Shown: positions 38,071 through 51,814, numbered from the whole stretch's first letter. The stretch: 63,940 bases of DNA, filler included, from Octopus bimaculoides (GCF_001194135.2; 9 parts of 6 records of this genome joined end to end with filler, not necessarily neighbours in it); one strand, 5' to 3'. The notes: generated by a model not told the origin, from the letters alone. Translations and numbers: made by a program.

Positions 38071-38362
38071 ACATTGACATACACATACACTCACATATAC
38101 TAAACAGACAACATAGACATACCTGTATATAACGAACAAGCAAACATACACACACTCACAGACACATACACACTTATATACAAAATGTGGTCGTGGTTGT
38201 GGTCGTGGTATAAAATGTCCTTTACTATAGTTGAGTACAGAAAGATTATTTGAGAAAATGTTATACAGTTTTAATCCAAATGAAAATAAAAATTACATGT
38301 TGACACTGATTTGATTTGGTGGAGCCGTTTGAGAATGCATAGGGAACAGACACAGAATTTTA

Positions 38363-38549
38363 TGAACCACTAGGTTATGAGAATATGAATAAATTAACCC
38401 AGTTGTCAAGCAGTGTTGGTGGGACAAACACAAATACATACATATATCTCTATGATGACGATGATGATAGATATATGTATATATGTATTTGTCCAACCAA
38501 CACTGCTTGACAACTGGGTTTATTTATATTCTCATAACCTAGTGGTTCA
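38363..38549. repeat. Fold-back inverted repeat, ~85-90-bp arms, made of decayed SINE B sequence
   Basis: tgaaccactaggttatgagaata..aacccagttgtcaagcagtgttggt.ggacaaa and its reverse complement at 38488-38549, continuing inward. Confidence 0.9.
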
Positions 38550-38585
38550 GCAAAAGAGACCAGGAGAATAAGTACCCGGCTTTAA

Positions 38586-38808
38586 CCCTTTAGTGTTTGG
38601 ATTATTCTCTCAAATGTGATGTTTGTTTGTTTATATTGTTTTGAATTAATCATGCATTATCTTGTAGTTTAGAGATTTCAGTGATGTGATTTTTTTTTAG
38701 TTTTAGAATGACATGGTAGGGCTGAGGTGAGAGGCCAGATCTGGTCAGTTTCTGTATAAAACAGGTTAAATATTTTGGCTGGATATGGCCGGTTTGAATG
38801 CTAATGGG
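38586..38808. mobile_element. piggyBac-like MITE inserted in a SINE B tail
   Basis: TTAA|CCCTTTAGTGTTT ... GAATGCTAATGGG|TTAA: TTAA duplication and imperfect TIRs. Confidence 0.75.
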
Positions 38809-40189
38809 TTAAAAAAAAGTACTAAGATCAACTTGCTTGTCATTTAAGGTAGTGCCCCAGCATGGCCACAATCTTATGGGCGTAATAAATAGAAAGATAA
38901 AAGATAAGTCCCCCACCACCCACCATCCTTAATAACATTCATCCAACAACAGAGTATCCATCTAGATGTTCTGCAATATGATCATTAAAGACCCAAGCAC
39001 AGATAACCATGTTCCTGCATTTGACTTTTGTGATAATCTCCACTAACACAGATAAGTATGTCTGATCATTGGCGAGCTCTAACCAGCGGAATGTATATCA
39101 CAGTACTGTCTTCATTATATTTTCTGTATAATATTCCTTTACAGTCTTTGATTTTATCAGCTACAATTTTTATCTTTCTTCTTACACCTACTCAGTTCCT
39201 AACTAAAAGAGCTTATACACACACACACACACACACATTTATGCTATCTCTTCATAATTTATCTCACCACATCATTTCCTGCTTATAACATATGGCATCC
39301 CACCTCTTTTCTGATCTTGCTGCCTATTCTCCTGCCCTAGTCTTCATCACAGCTCCCTATAAATGCTGCTTCATGTTCACATTGACAAAACGACTGAAAT
39401 GAAGAGTGATGTTATAACTGCTTGGTAAATGAACTTTCTCCCTAAAATTACCATAACCACAAACAGTAGCAAAATGGTATGTTCCTGCAATTAGTAGTAA
39501 ATAGTTAGCAGCAAAGGATAGTGGATGACCAAAATCAGCAGCACACCAGACAAAATTCATCGAGGTGTTTGGTGACATAACTGTACTAAGTTCACCCAGA
39601 TTAACTTTGCTTTTGACGTCTCTCAGTTTGATAAAGTAAGTACCAATCAAGTGCTGGGGGTCAATACAATTGACTATAGAATAGACTGTGATTACACAAC
39701 ATGACTGCAGTCCAATGACTGAAATCAGTTAAATAATAAAGAATATTTGGGCATGATTTAAATAGGATTTCTTTTAATTTGATGTATATCTTAGTATGAT
39801 ACATAAACAAAAACTACTGTTTGCATTTGTATTTAAGATATAAAAAAATATATATAGGGGAAGCATTTTCCAACATTCTGACTTGGTCAAGGATATAGCT
39901 ATAATAAAACAATAAGGTAGCATCATACACGCAAACACACATGATAATACCACATAGGGTCTACATTACATGCTTTAATGCACAAAAAACATGTTTTCCC
40001 TTCATATGCACCATTAAAATTGGGGTTTTGTCTAATATGCCCATGCATCTTCTATACTGTTAAATATGGTACTTGTAGATTTACTACAACTGGGATTCAG
40101 CTGAATTATATCAATCTTTTGAACTTCATTACATATTCACACATTCCAGTATATTACTTATTAACACACTGTCATTGTTGTCTTTTAAC

Positions 40190-40340
40190 ATCCATCTTCC
40201 ATGCCATCATCGATTGGGTGGTTTAACAACATCCAACAGGTTGGAAGACCGTACTGTGCTCCAATCTGTTTTGACATGATTTCTACAGTTGGATGCCACA
40301 GAGTGTACTGGATGCTTTTTGCATGGCACCAGCACTACTG
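40190..40340 (-). mobile_element. RTE-tail family E fragment
   Basis: ttaacatccatcttccatgc...acagttggatgcc...ggatgctttttgcatggcacc. Confidence 0.55.
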
Positions 40341-43300
40341 ACTTCAACATGTAGCTCACAAGACCAAGAATCTTTTTGACTGAGTGGGACTACAGTAGAG
40401 AGAGAGACAACTGTATGCTTGATGATGTGAGGTTAAAGCATGCAGGAAGAGGCCAGAACAGGTTTCTTGGTACAGGGGTAATACATGGTCACTCACATTA
40501 TACAAAAGTGGAAGGGAGTAATGGGGGGAGGGGTAGAAAGAGAGATATAGATGCACATATTTAATATATTGCTTACTGACACAGTATACATTTTAATGCA
40601 TCCACTATATTAAAATATTTAAACCTATACATCATCCAACCAAACTCCACTATACAAAGAGACTAACTCTAGCATTTTCACAAGCAGGTCTCTGTTAACT
40701 GTATGAACTAATACCCTTCAAAATATTATATTTGAACTCTATAAGAAACTGATTCAACATCCTGCCTAGAACAAAGGCCCTTTAAAAAAAACAAAACAAA
40801 AAACATTCCATTTGATTTGAATTTGCTTGTTTTTATCTACTTATTGCTTTTTGTTTCTGTTGTTGTAGCTAATTATTTATTTTTACAAATACCTTCTTCA
40901 TTCAAGAGATTACACACCTACAACTTTAATCTAGAATGCTAACCTTTAGGCAGACCTCCAAGTCATGTCAATGATCAAATGTCTACAACACTTCAGCTAT
41001 GCTGAAACCCTCACCTGCTCAAAGTATTTACTTTTAATTCTTCTTTTAGCTTTTCTTATTAGGGGGGGGGGGGTTCCTTTTTTCTACTTTCCTTCATTCA
41101 TTGTTCATGTTTGTAGACGGCTACTCATTTATTAAAAGGTGGAAATCCTTTGGCTTAAATCATACCCATTCTTGTTCCCTAATCTTAGACTTATTCCTTC
41201 GCGTGCATGCTCGTGTGTTTTCATTTAACAATAACCACACTATGCCTATACCTCATTAGCTCTCCTAGTTTTGTTCTGCATGTGTGTGTGTGCGCGCGTG
41301 CATGTATTTGTGTGTGCATTTGTAAGAGACTGTTCATGTGAATCATTTACTTATACAGTAATCATATACTATAGAGCTGTACCTTTAACTCTTGATAGAC
41401 AGTAGGTTTAAATAACTCTAATAGTGCAGATGGTTACTACTGTAATTAGCATAATGTTTTGACAAAACGATAAAATGAAAAAAGGAAAGGAAAAAAAGCT
41501 CAGGATGACACAACTTAATGCTATCTTATTCCCTGTTATTTAATAGATTTCTTGAATTTTTCCTAATGACTGCAAACTGGAATTAAAGTTTTCATCTTGT
41601 CACTCAAGAGATTAAACATTCATGCTAAGGGAGTCAGTTGGGCTCGTTCCCATTCTCCTTCAGTACATTAAATTGTTACTTTATTTATGACCCCATGGCC
41701 TGTAATAACCATACATTTAACTACCTATACAAGGTGCAGATGACAACCCTTAATTTACCATATGTCCATCATCATGGACTCATTATTTTCACCAATGTTA
41801 TCATTTACACTTTTCCAGATATTTTACTTAAACTGTATTTATAATTGCTATGAATTCAGAAATATTTTCCTTTCATTTCCTTGGTAAATAATATAGACAG
41901 AATGAGTCAAGTTGTACTATTTGTCTATTAATCCAATGATATGAGGTTAATCTGCAATCAACCCAATTTCATTGTCATTATCAACGTGATTTTAAAGCCA
42001 CTTTCCCCTTTTTCTCTTGTTATACCAGTGACAGACTTATACGACTTCTATCACATGCTTCTTAGTCAACACCAAATAATTTTCCTTTTTTTCTTTTTTC
42101 AGCTAATCCTTTACCACAAAAATTCACAAATAACATCTGATCAAATAAAAAAAGAGTTATAATATTGATTTCCTTTAACAAAGCATAAAATTAATTCTTG
42201 ATACTAGTATCTTATTAGCAATGTACACCCAAAGCTGCATGTAGGTCCAGTTGCATGGCCCATGTATTGGTGCCATACACATCAAAATGTGGCAGCCCAT
42301 TTTAATTTACAAGAGTGTACTCCATAAGCTGTGTTAAGTATGAATACTCCCCCAAGTGCTAGCATTGAATTAAAAATATTTTTGCCCAAAGCAGCCCAAG
42401 TTCCCACTCAGCAGTTGTAAATTTAGGGGAAATGTTGGTTGCTAGTACTTATCCCCCTTGAAGTATGAAAAGGCAAAATCAATCCCAACAAGACTTGAAT
42501 CTAGACACATAAGATCAAAAAAAATTTAATTTGTGGTTCAATCCTCCACACAACTCACTGCCCTAAACCATATTTAACATTAAAAGGGCGTCAAGCAAAA
42601 GAGCATTTGTAGAATATTGCTACAAAGGACATCAAAAACTAATGTATTCTCCATCAATCTTGACAATTAGTATTCAGTTGTTTGACCACTTGTAAGTAGT
42701 TGATTAATCTACAGTGAACTGTACCTTTAACACAATTCTCAAGCTGAATCAGCATGACACAACGTGACAAAGTTGAACCTTTGAATAACAAAGATAATCC
42801 ATAGAGAAAGAAGGATAGGATTCAGTGCTAGTCCGCTGTCAATTTATCAGCCTTATAAGGATGAAAGGTGCAGATGGTTTCAGTGGGATTTAAACCCAGT
42901 GCGTAGAGAGCAGAAATAATGTAAGGTACTCAATCTAACTCTTTAATAATTCTGCCAATTCACTGCGTTAGGCAGGCATTGAACTAATACAATATTTAAA
43001 GGTAGACCTCCAAAGACAAAGTTTTCATAAGAAACAGTTTCAGCTCTAGATCTATGGTCATGAGTAAAAGAAAGCATGAGTCTATTAAAGGTGACATAGC
43101 CAGAATATCTCTTACACACTTCCAGTATGTAAGAGAACTGATGAATTAAGTTTAGTAACCAATGTACACAATACATGCAAGCAGTTGATTTGAATACAAC
43201 ACCTATGAGCTGTTAGTTCAACGTCTTGTGTAATGTATGAATATATAAAATAAACACTGAACCATGCTCATTAGTGGAGAAAAGCAGATGTATAAAATAT

Positions 43301-43699
43301 ATCTTTATTCTAAATTTACCTTAGAATTAAACAGAACAAAGTATCAACAAATGAGCAACTAGATAGTTGTTTAACTTGCCTGAAAGTATATGCAAAAAAC
43401 CCCTCAAACAATACCTTACTAAAAAAAGGGTAGATAGACTGGATAACTGACAGAAAATATGATGGGATAGACAGGGCTAGAGTAATGTGAACATAAGTCT
43501 AATTGATCTGGAGTAACCTGGGACTAAAGAGCAAAAGTACTTAAGTTCAAAATTATTAAAACCAATCTTTCTAGAATTTAGATTAATGGTTTTCACACTG
43601 AGTTCATCATGTCAAATTCGCAGCACATTTAGTTAGACTGCATTTAATTAAAACAAAAATGCATTACTTCAGAGAATATCATTTAGACCTCAATTCTGA

Positions 43700-43900
43700 A
43701 GATAATGTTATCTCTATCTGCTTGAAGAGCATCAGGCAATGAAGGTTCTCCAAGAAGTACCATTCTGAACCAAACTGTGCTCTTCTTCCCAGGTGACAAA
43801 CATCTCCATCAAGTCTTCTAGTGCTGTCTTTTACCACATCTTCACCAGTCTGTCTCTCTTTCTCCTTCCTCCTCAGTTGTCCACTTGATGATGGCTAGCC
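43700..43900 (-). mobile_element. Old RTE-LINE C-terminal fragment
   Basis: Decayed VRLAIIKWT..G..R..W.TALEDLMEM..TWEE..LVQN..SWRTFIA resembles RTE ends. Confidence 0.5.
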
Positions 43901-44159
43901 TTACTACAAATCTACTTTAGCTTAATAAAATTTTAAGATGGTCATTTAATGAAATATTTAATGCCAAACATTCACCAAATTCAACAACACTATCACAATA
44001 TGAGGTATGATAATTCTATTTAAGCCCTTTGTGACCATATTATTAATGAAATACACTGCCTCTTTCAAAAAGAAATTAAAAAACTGTTTTGGTAAAATAA
44101 CTTTTCATTTAATTAAGCAGATGTTTTGAATGTAACTTAACTAAAAAGTTCCATCCAAA

Positions 44160-44590
44160 CATTCATCTTCTCCACCTATTATTCCTGGGAGGATTGTGTG
44201 GGTAGAGTCCTTAGCCACTCTTCCATAGAATTGTGTGTCAGAAGCAACTGCCATTACAGTTTCCAGCTAGATTCTCAAGTATGACTAACTGAGACTATGG
44301 TTATTATCCAATGATCTCATTCTCGGTTTACCTCTAGGTCTCCTGCCAGTTGGCTCAGTTTTAAGAATCCATCTTCCAATCCTTTCCTGCAACATTCTAA
44401 TCACATGCACCTGAGCTGTGATCCCTCAATACAGAAAAGTAACAGCTTGACCAGAGGAGATTTCCTGATCTCCAAGCTATGTGCCCTGTCAAGTAACGTT
44501 GCTTCAGAGACCCTTCAGAGGAACCATATTTCAGCTGCTTGTGTTCATGATCATACAGAAAGGTTTTTGCATAAAAGTATGACAATATAT
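44160..44590 (-). mobile_element. Old RTE-LINE 3' fragment
   Basis: QAAEIWFL*RVSEATLLDRAHSLEIRK...EGSQLR.../MLQERIGRWILKTEPTGRRPRGKPRMR. Confidence 0.7.
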
Positions 44591-44894
44591 TTTAATTTAA
44601 ACACTGAGCATTTTAAAATAGACAGTTCTATATTAAAAAACAGATAGGTTGATAGCAAAAAGTTCAAAATAAACAAACAAAATTGTGAGCTTAAATTTAG
44701 TCTAATTTTTGTACCGTAAATACCGAAACAGTATTAGTTTAAAATAACAATGTGCATAACATTTATAAAGTATATACAAATGTAATATACATAATTATTA
44801 TAATCTAATATTGTTTCAAGTGTGTATATTGATGTAAATATGAAATTTCTTGCTTGAACACAAAGCCAATTTTTTTCAGAGTAGTATGCAAGTA

Positions 44895-45030
44895 GTACAG
44901 TCAACCTTTTTAATTCCAACCTACCCAAGACTGCCTTGGATCTATAATACAAATTTCCTGTTTTAGAATGATCTAAATTAAAGTTTCCTGTCAAAATTTC
45001 AAGTTAGTTTATGTTCCAATCACCAGCTTA
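44895..45030. mobile_element. MITE fragment; related fragment in opposite orientation at ~44020-44150
   Basis: aagctggtgattggaacataaactaac (minus) versus aagcagatgttttgaatgtaacttaac (plus). Confidence 0.4.
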
Positions 45031-45644
45031 CAAATGACAAGCCTCCCAGCTTGCCAGTCAAACCATTCAACTCACGCCAGCATGGAAAGCGGACATCAAA
45101 CAACAATGATGATAAAGATTTTACTAAATGCTTCATTTGTTTTCAAAATTAAATGAAACAAAGGCAGTGTCTTTGGTTAGAAATAGTTTTGAAAGGGTTG
45201 ACTCTAGCATTTCACAATGAGATGAAAAAAAAAATAAAATCAGTCCTGACAAAATCCTAAGTCAATGATTTCAGATTTTTTTCTTTTTCTTTTATTAAGA
45301 CTAACTCTACTTTCATTCATCCAGATGAGAAACAGACATGAAATATATATAAAGAGCAAGGAATATTACAGGCCAGACTTCTACTACTTTCAAAGTAACC
45401 ACTCAAATATTGTCCCATAAACATTAATAAAATAAAATACTGATGTGTATAAAGCCTCCTGGGACTTATAAGGTTTCAGTTTTAGCAGTTAAGTGGCTGA
45501 ATGATAAATTTACCCTGGAACAGAGTTCTACCAATCTAGGAAGAGGTAATTTATCTGGTGCTGGTTATTCATATCAGCTGTATGAACTAAAACAAATTGA
45601 ATTAGGTGNNNNNNNNNNNNNNNNNNNNNNNNNNNNNNNNNNNN

Positions 45645-45683
<39 letters not shown>

Positions 45684-46348
45684 CCAAATACTTCAGATCT
45701 AGAGAGTTGAAAAATCTTAATGGGGACATCATGAGAAATAGTCTACAATAATGGTTTTGCAATATCCCTTTAAATTTTCATTTTAGAATTCATTATTTCT
45801 TAAATCCAGGAAACTATCATTCATTTACATTGCAAGTCATTATAAGCAGGTTCACCTTTTCCATACTACAACAAGCAATATAGTAGAACCTGGGTTTACA
45901 AATTTCATCATTCCTGAAGGCTGCTCATCACCTGAAATGTTTGTAAACCAGAACTATTTTTCTCATAGGAAATTCAAGAGAAAGCATGGCAAATTTGAGT
46001 AGGAATTGCATTGAATGAAAACTAAACAGCAACTAATGCTCTCCAGCTGATAATCCCAGCTTGTCGTCAACCATTGTTGCCAGCATGCATGTTCATTACT
46101 TGAGGCACCAGTTGTTCAAAAAATTGTACACTAACAGATTTGTCCATGATGAGAGATGTTCATAAACCAAGATTCCATTGTACTGGTAAACAAAAACTTG
46201 TCTCTTCAGCCTGTTTAAACCTACATTTTCAGATACTGAATGAAAGTCAGCTTTTATGTGTAAAACTTTAAGAGTTCATGTAAGGTAGAGATCATATGGT
46301 GCATAATACTATAGTATAGTGGATGCTGGCTGAAAGGAATGCTACTGA

Positions 46349-47778
46349 TTGTTGTTCTCAGCAAAATGCGAGCTTTCTTTTCAGGTACATGACGCCATTC
46401 CCCGCCCCAAGGTTTCACGAGTCCATACCCCCCACACCCTCAGGGTTGGCACTCTTAACGTCGGCACACTGAAAGGTAGATCTGGTGAGATTGTTGAGAT
46501 GCTTGAACAGAGACGTGTCGATATCTGCTGCCTCCAAGAAGTAAGGTGGAGAGGTTGTTCCGCTAGGCTCCTCACAGGCAAAGAACACAGGTACAAGATT
46601 TTCTGGGCAGGAAACACAGACGGGGTCGGGGGTGTGGGTATACTTCTTGCAGAGAAATGGGTAGATAAGGTAATCGAGGTGGTTAGAGTATGCGATAGAA
46701 TACTTAAGATTAGANNNNNNNNNNNNNNNNNNNNNNNNNNNNNNNNNNNNNNNNNNNNNNNNNNNNNNNNNNNNNNNNNNNNNNNNNNNNNNNNNNNNNN
46801 NNNNNNNNNNNNNNNNNNNNNNNNNNNNNNNNNNNNNNNNNNNNNNNNNNNNNNNNNNNNNNNNNNNNNNNNNNNNNNNNNNNNNNNNNNNNNNNNNNNN
46901 NNNNNNNNNNNNNNNNNNNNNNNNNNNNNNNNNNNNNNNNNNNNNNNNNNNNNNNNNNNNNNNNNNNNNNNNNNNNNNNNNNNNNNNNNNNNNNNNNNNN
47001 NNNNNNNNNNNNNNNNNNNNNNNNNNNNNNNNNNNNNNNNNNNNNNNNNNNNNNNNNNNNNNNNNNNNNNNNNNNNNNNNNNNNNNNNNNNNNNNNNNNN
47101 NNNNNNNNNNNNNNNNNNNNNNNNNNNNNNNNNNNNNNNNNNNNNNNNNNNNNNNNNNNNNNNNNNNNNNNNNNNNNNNNNNNNNNNNNNNNNNNNNNNN
47201 NNNNNNNNNNNNNNNNNNNNNNNNNNNNNNNNNNNNNNNNNNNNNNNNNNNNNNNNNNGGCGACAGGTTTATTTAGCCAGAGGGGAAGCAGATAAGAAAA
47301 GATTTGCCAATGTTCTGCGCCGTGAGGACCAAAGACTTAAGGTATTTCATGTCGCAAGACAGTGTAGGAGAGAGAATAGTGATGTAGTAGGAGAGAAATG
47401 TGTTCGCATGGATGATGGTACGCTTGCTCTAAATGAAGCTGCAAAGAAAGAGATCTGGAGAAGCCACTATGATAGATTGCTTAATAAAGAGAATGAATGG
47501 GAGAAAGAGAGTCTGCCGTATGTCGACCCAACAGAGGGACCAGCTATCAGAGTTGACAGTACCATGGTAGATAAAGCAATTAAGAGTATGAAGACAAGGA
47601 AAGCCCCCGGCCCATCAGGAATCACTGCAGAGATGCTCAAAATATCTGGCAGTGTCGGCTATAGCCTAGTCACCCATATTACGAACCAGGTGATACACGA
47701 AGGAGTCATACCCAAAGACTGGTGTAGCAGCACCATAGTCAACTGCTACAAAGGTAAAGGTGACGCTTTAGATACAAA
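46349..47778 (+). mobile_element. RTE-clade LINE 5' part: APE endonuclease and start of RT, no visible stops
   Basis: GTLNVGTL..VDICCLQEVRW..GVGGVGILL (APE) and KAPGPSGITAEMLK..IPKDWCSSTIVNCYKGKGDAL (RT domain start). Internal N gap; ends at a scaffold join. Confidence 0.92.
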
Positions 47779-47878
47779 NNNNNNNNNNNNNNNNNNNNNN
47801 NNNNNNNNNNNNNNNNNNNNNNTTAATTAATTAANNNNNNNNNNNNNNNNNNNNNNNNNNNNNNNNNNNNNNNNNNNN
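47779..47878. other. Artificial scaffold join
   Basis: 44N-TTAATTAATTAA-44N. Confidence 0.95.
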
Positions 47879-48036
47879 AAATATGCAAGACTTTTTTTCA
47901 AGTTCCAAATGTGAATTTGTCTGTTAAACTACATCCCAAAGACGGAGCCTTGTATCTTTGTTGGAAACCGGCTCCCTCCTAAGTGGAAGATTTATAATAA
48001 TTAAAAAATAGAAGAGACGTGCATATATACATGCAT

Positions 48037-48103
<67 letters not shown>

Positions 48104-48736
48104 GAGTTACATACCTGCATTCTTTCATACGTACATATACAGAAACGTGTGTAAGAACATAATTACACAAGTACTTATACACATTCTTGAAAATATGCAG
48201 ACACACCGACACATACACACACACATACGCACACATCTGGTGTCTTTGGAAGGTCATTACGCCAATAATAATGTATACATAACGTAATATATATACGCAT
48301 ACACACAAACTTACATACATAGTTATAATATATACTGACAAAAGCTTTTAATAGCTTCTATTGTCTAGACTCCAAGTCTATATCAGAATGTGGAAGCGTA
48401 TGTATGTATGTGTGTGAGAGCGTGAGTGTACATAAGAGCCATAACAGTTTAGAACTAATCGCAAGCTAATGAGATACGGTTAGGTGACTTTATCAAGAGG
48501 ATGTATAGGTGAATATCTGAAATTAATATATACACACACCCATCGGTTTATCAAACCTTTTGCAGCATAAAACGTTAATCATGTCTAGTCTTTGAAAATA
48601 ACTTCACGAATCTGGACACTTACTGATTGGTCTGTCTGTCTGTCCACCTGTCTGTCTGTCCACCTGTCTGTCTGTCCGCCTGTCTGTGCGTTTGTAATTA
48701 TGTCTCCCTCATGAGTGTGTACCAGTGTGGATGTGC

Positions 48737-48788
<52 letters not shown>

Positions 48789-49497
48789 ATGTATATGTGT
48801 GTGTGTGCGCATGTGTATATATATATATAATATGTATGTGTGTATATATATATATATATGTATGTATGTATGTACGTATGTATGTGAATATATGAATATA
48901 TATGTGTGTGTGTGTATTTATGTAAATATATGTATTATATATATATATTACAAATTAAAAGGGTAAAGGATTATCAATTTATTAATTAATAAATCAATTA
49001 ACAATTAATAATTTTTACCAAGCCCATCGGTATGAAAGCACCATTATTGGCGGAGAACTTATTTAAAAGCTCATATATATTTATAAATATAATTAAGGGA
49101 TCAGCAAATATTTGCTTCACCATATACCGAAGTTCAGAAATAGCAGCTAAGAAAGCTGAGAATCCCACAGATAGCATCACTTGTAACTCNNNNNNNNNNN
49201 NNNNNNNNNNNNNNNNNNNNNNNNNNNNNNNNNNNNNNNNNNNNNNNNNNNNNNNNNNNNNNNNNNNNNNNNNNNNNNNNNNNNNNNNNNNNNNNNNNNN
49301 NNNNNNNNNNNNNNNNNNNNNNNNNNNNNNNNNNNNNNNNNNNNNNNNNNNNNNNNNNNNNNNNNNNNNNNNNNNNNNNNNNNNNNNNNNNNNNNNNNNN
49401 NNNNNNNNNNNNNNNNNNNNNNNNNNNNNNNNNNNNNNNNNNNNNNNNNNNNNNNNNNNNNNNNNNNNNNNNNNNNNNNNNNNNNNNNNNNNNNNNN

Positions 49498-49558
<61 letters not shown>

Positions 49559-49567
49559 TATATGTAC

Positions 49568-49602
<35 letters not shown>

Positions 49603-49816
49603 ATCATATTTATATAATATATATATACAGGCATAGAAACACACGTACACACATATACATCCACATATAAATAGACATCCGTGTGTGTGTGTGTGTGTGT
49701 GGTTTCACTGGGAATGGTTCCCACCCTTCCATTCCGACAGGCGCTAATGAAAGAGGAGCCACTAGGACGCTTCCGATTGACAAGTCTCTCTCACACATAT
49801 ACTGCTCTCTCATTTG

Positions 49817-49848
<32 letters not shown>

Positions 49849-50445
49849 TTCAGTCTTTGTCTTTCTCTTCCCCCTCTCTCTCACTCTCTGTTTCTCTCTC
49901 CTTCCCATAGATGCGCATATCGGAGAGGGAACAGATTAGCACAATCGAGGTACACGTCAGTGTTGTGTGGATGAAACTATTAACATGTTCATGTCTGTGT
50001 TTGTAGTTGTGCTAAGTGCGTGCGTGTGAGTTCGTGTGTATGGGTATGTGCGCGTGCGCGCATGTATGTTTATATAAAAATGAGCTAAGAAAAATAAATA
50101 AGGGACCAACTGTATGTTTACAAACAACATAAACAAATACAGGTATATCAAATATCATACAACGTAAATTTTTGATTTATTGAAATCATCTCCGCTTCCA
50201 GATGTTATATCATAATAACCAAATAGCAATTAAGACCAGTTCTACTTGAGAAGGGGAGATAATCTCGAGAATCAAGAATTTATACACACACACACACACA
50301 CACATATATAAGTTACGGGCTCGTAAACACACCAACACCGGTTGTTAATCGGTGGTAGGGGACAAACACAGACTCAAAGTCAAACATGCATACGTATGTA
50401 TGTATGTATGTATGTATGTATGTATGTATGTATGTACGTATGAGT

Positions 50446-50835
50446 GGAGGCGCAATGGCCCAGTGGTTAGGGCAGCGGACTCGCGGTCATAGGATCGCGG
50501 TTTCGATTCCCAGACCGGGCGTTGTGAGTGTTTATTGAGCGAAAAACACCTAAAGCTCCACGAGGCTCCAGCAGGGGGTGGGTGTCGAACCCTGCAGTAC
50601 TCTTTCACCACAACTTTCTCTCACTCTTACTCCCTGTTTCTGTTGTGCCTGTAATTCAAAGGGTCAGCCTTGTCACACTGTGTCACGCTGAATATCCCCG
50701 AGAACTACGTTAAGGGTACACGTGTCTGTAGAGTGCTCAACCACTTGCACGTTAATTTCACGAGCAGGCTGTTCCGCTGGTCGGATCAACTGGAACCCTC
50801 GTCGTCGTAAGCGACGGAGTGCCAACAACAACAAC
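50446..50835 (+). mobile_element. tRNA-head SINE family A, full length with (ACA)n tail
   Basis: A box tggcccagtgg, B box gtttcgattcc. Confidence 0.9.
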
Positions 50836-51733
50836 ATGTATGTATGTATGCATCTATCTGTCTATCTATCTATCTATCTGTTTGTCTGTCCGTCCGTCCG
50901 TCCGTCCGTCCATCCATCCATCCATCCGTCTATCTAAGGGGTCTGACAATTCGCCGCGTAGCCTTCTTACTTACCTACCTACTTACTTACATATCTGTCT
51001 ACTCGTCGAAGTAACTAGGACCACAACAACAACAACAACAACAGCGGCAACAGCAACAACAACTACAGCATGCGCAAGACTAACAGCAACAACCACCACA
51101 ACAACAGCAGCAACAATTACAACAGCAACAATAACATCAACAACAACAACAACTACAACAGCAAAACCGACAAAAACAACATTAGTAATTAAAGAACACA
51201 AACGTTTATAATCTTTTGTCTGCATCCCAAAATATATAGCTCCGTTTTGAACACAATTCGAAGAATGCCCAGAATTAATCTATCGGATTCCATGTGACAT
51301 TTATTGAATTGTTTTTGCGATGTTTAGAAGGATAAGAGAGGAGGAAGCTTGGTAAAGAATGGTACCGGGTGTGACGGGTGGAACCAGAGGGGTGGGTGTA
51401 TTGTGTCGGAGGGTGGCGATGCTGTCTGTATCACTTTACTGAAGTAGTTTAGAACCAGCCACCGTAACACCATCTCATCTGGACAGACTTCAGTAGACAC
51501 ATGTTGAAAGAAGACCAAATTAGAATGATTGTTTCTGTGTGTGTGTGTGTCTGTGTTTGTATGTGTGTACAGAAATTAGCGCACGCGAGCCTACACACTT
51601 ATAGGCATGCATGCATACACATATGATTATGCTCGCATACACACACATATATGAATGTTTCAATGTATGTGTCTATCTCTATCTCACTCTCTCTTTCCCT
51701 CATGTTTTCTCTTGCTTGATTCCTCTGTCTGTC

Positions 51734-51814
<81 letters not shown>

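Noticed and set aside
39340-39580. Minus ORF with FVWCAADF resembling a Ran-binding domain motif
   Set aside because: Similarity is limited to a few residues, downstream sequence does not fit, and the ORF start lies in a SINE.
45385-45420. ATGGGACAATATTTGAGT (MGQYLS) as the lnpk start exon
   Set aside because: No donor at the expected position and no acceptor; poor match to Lunapark N-termini.
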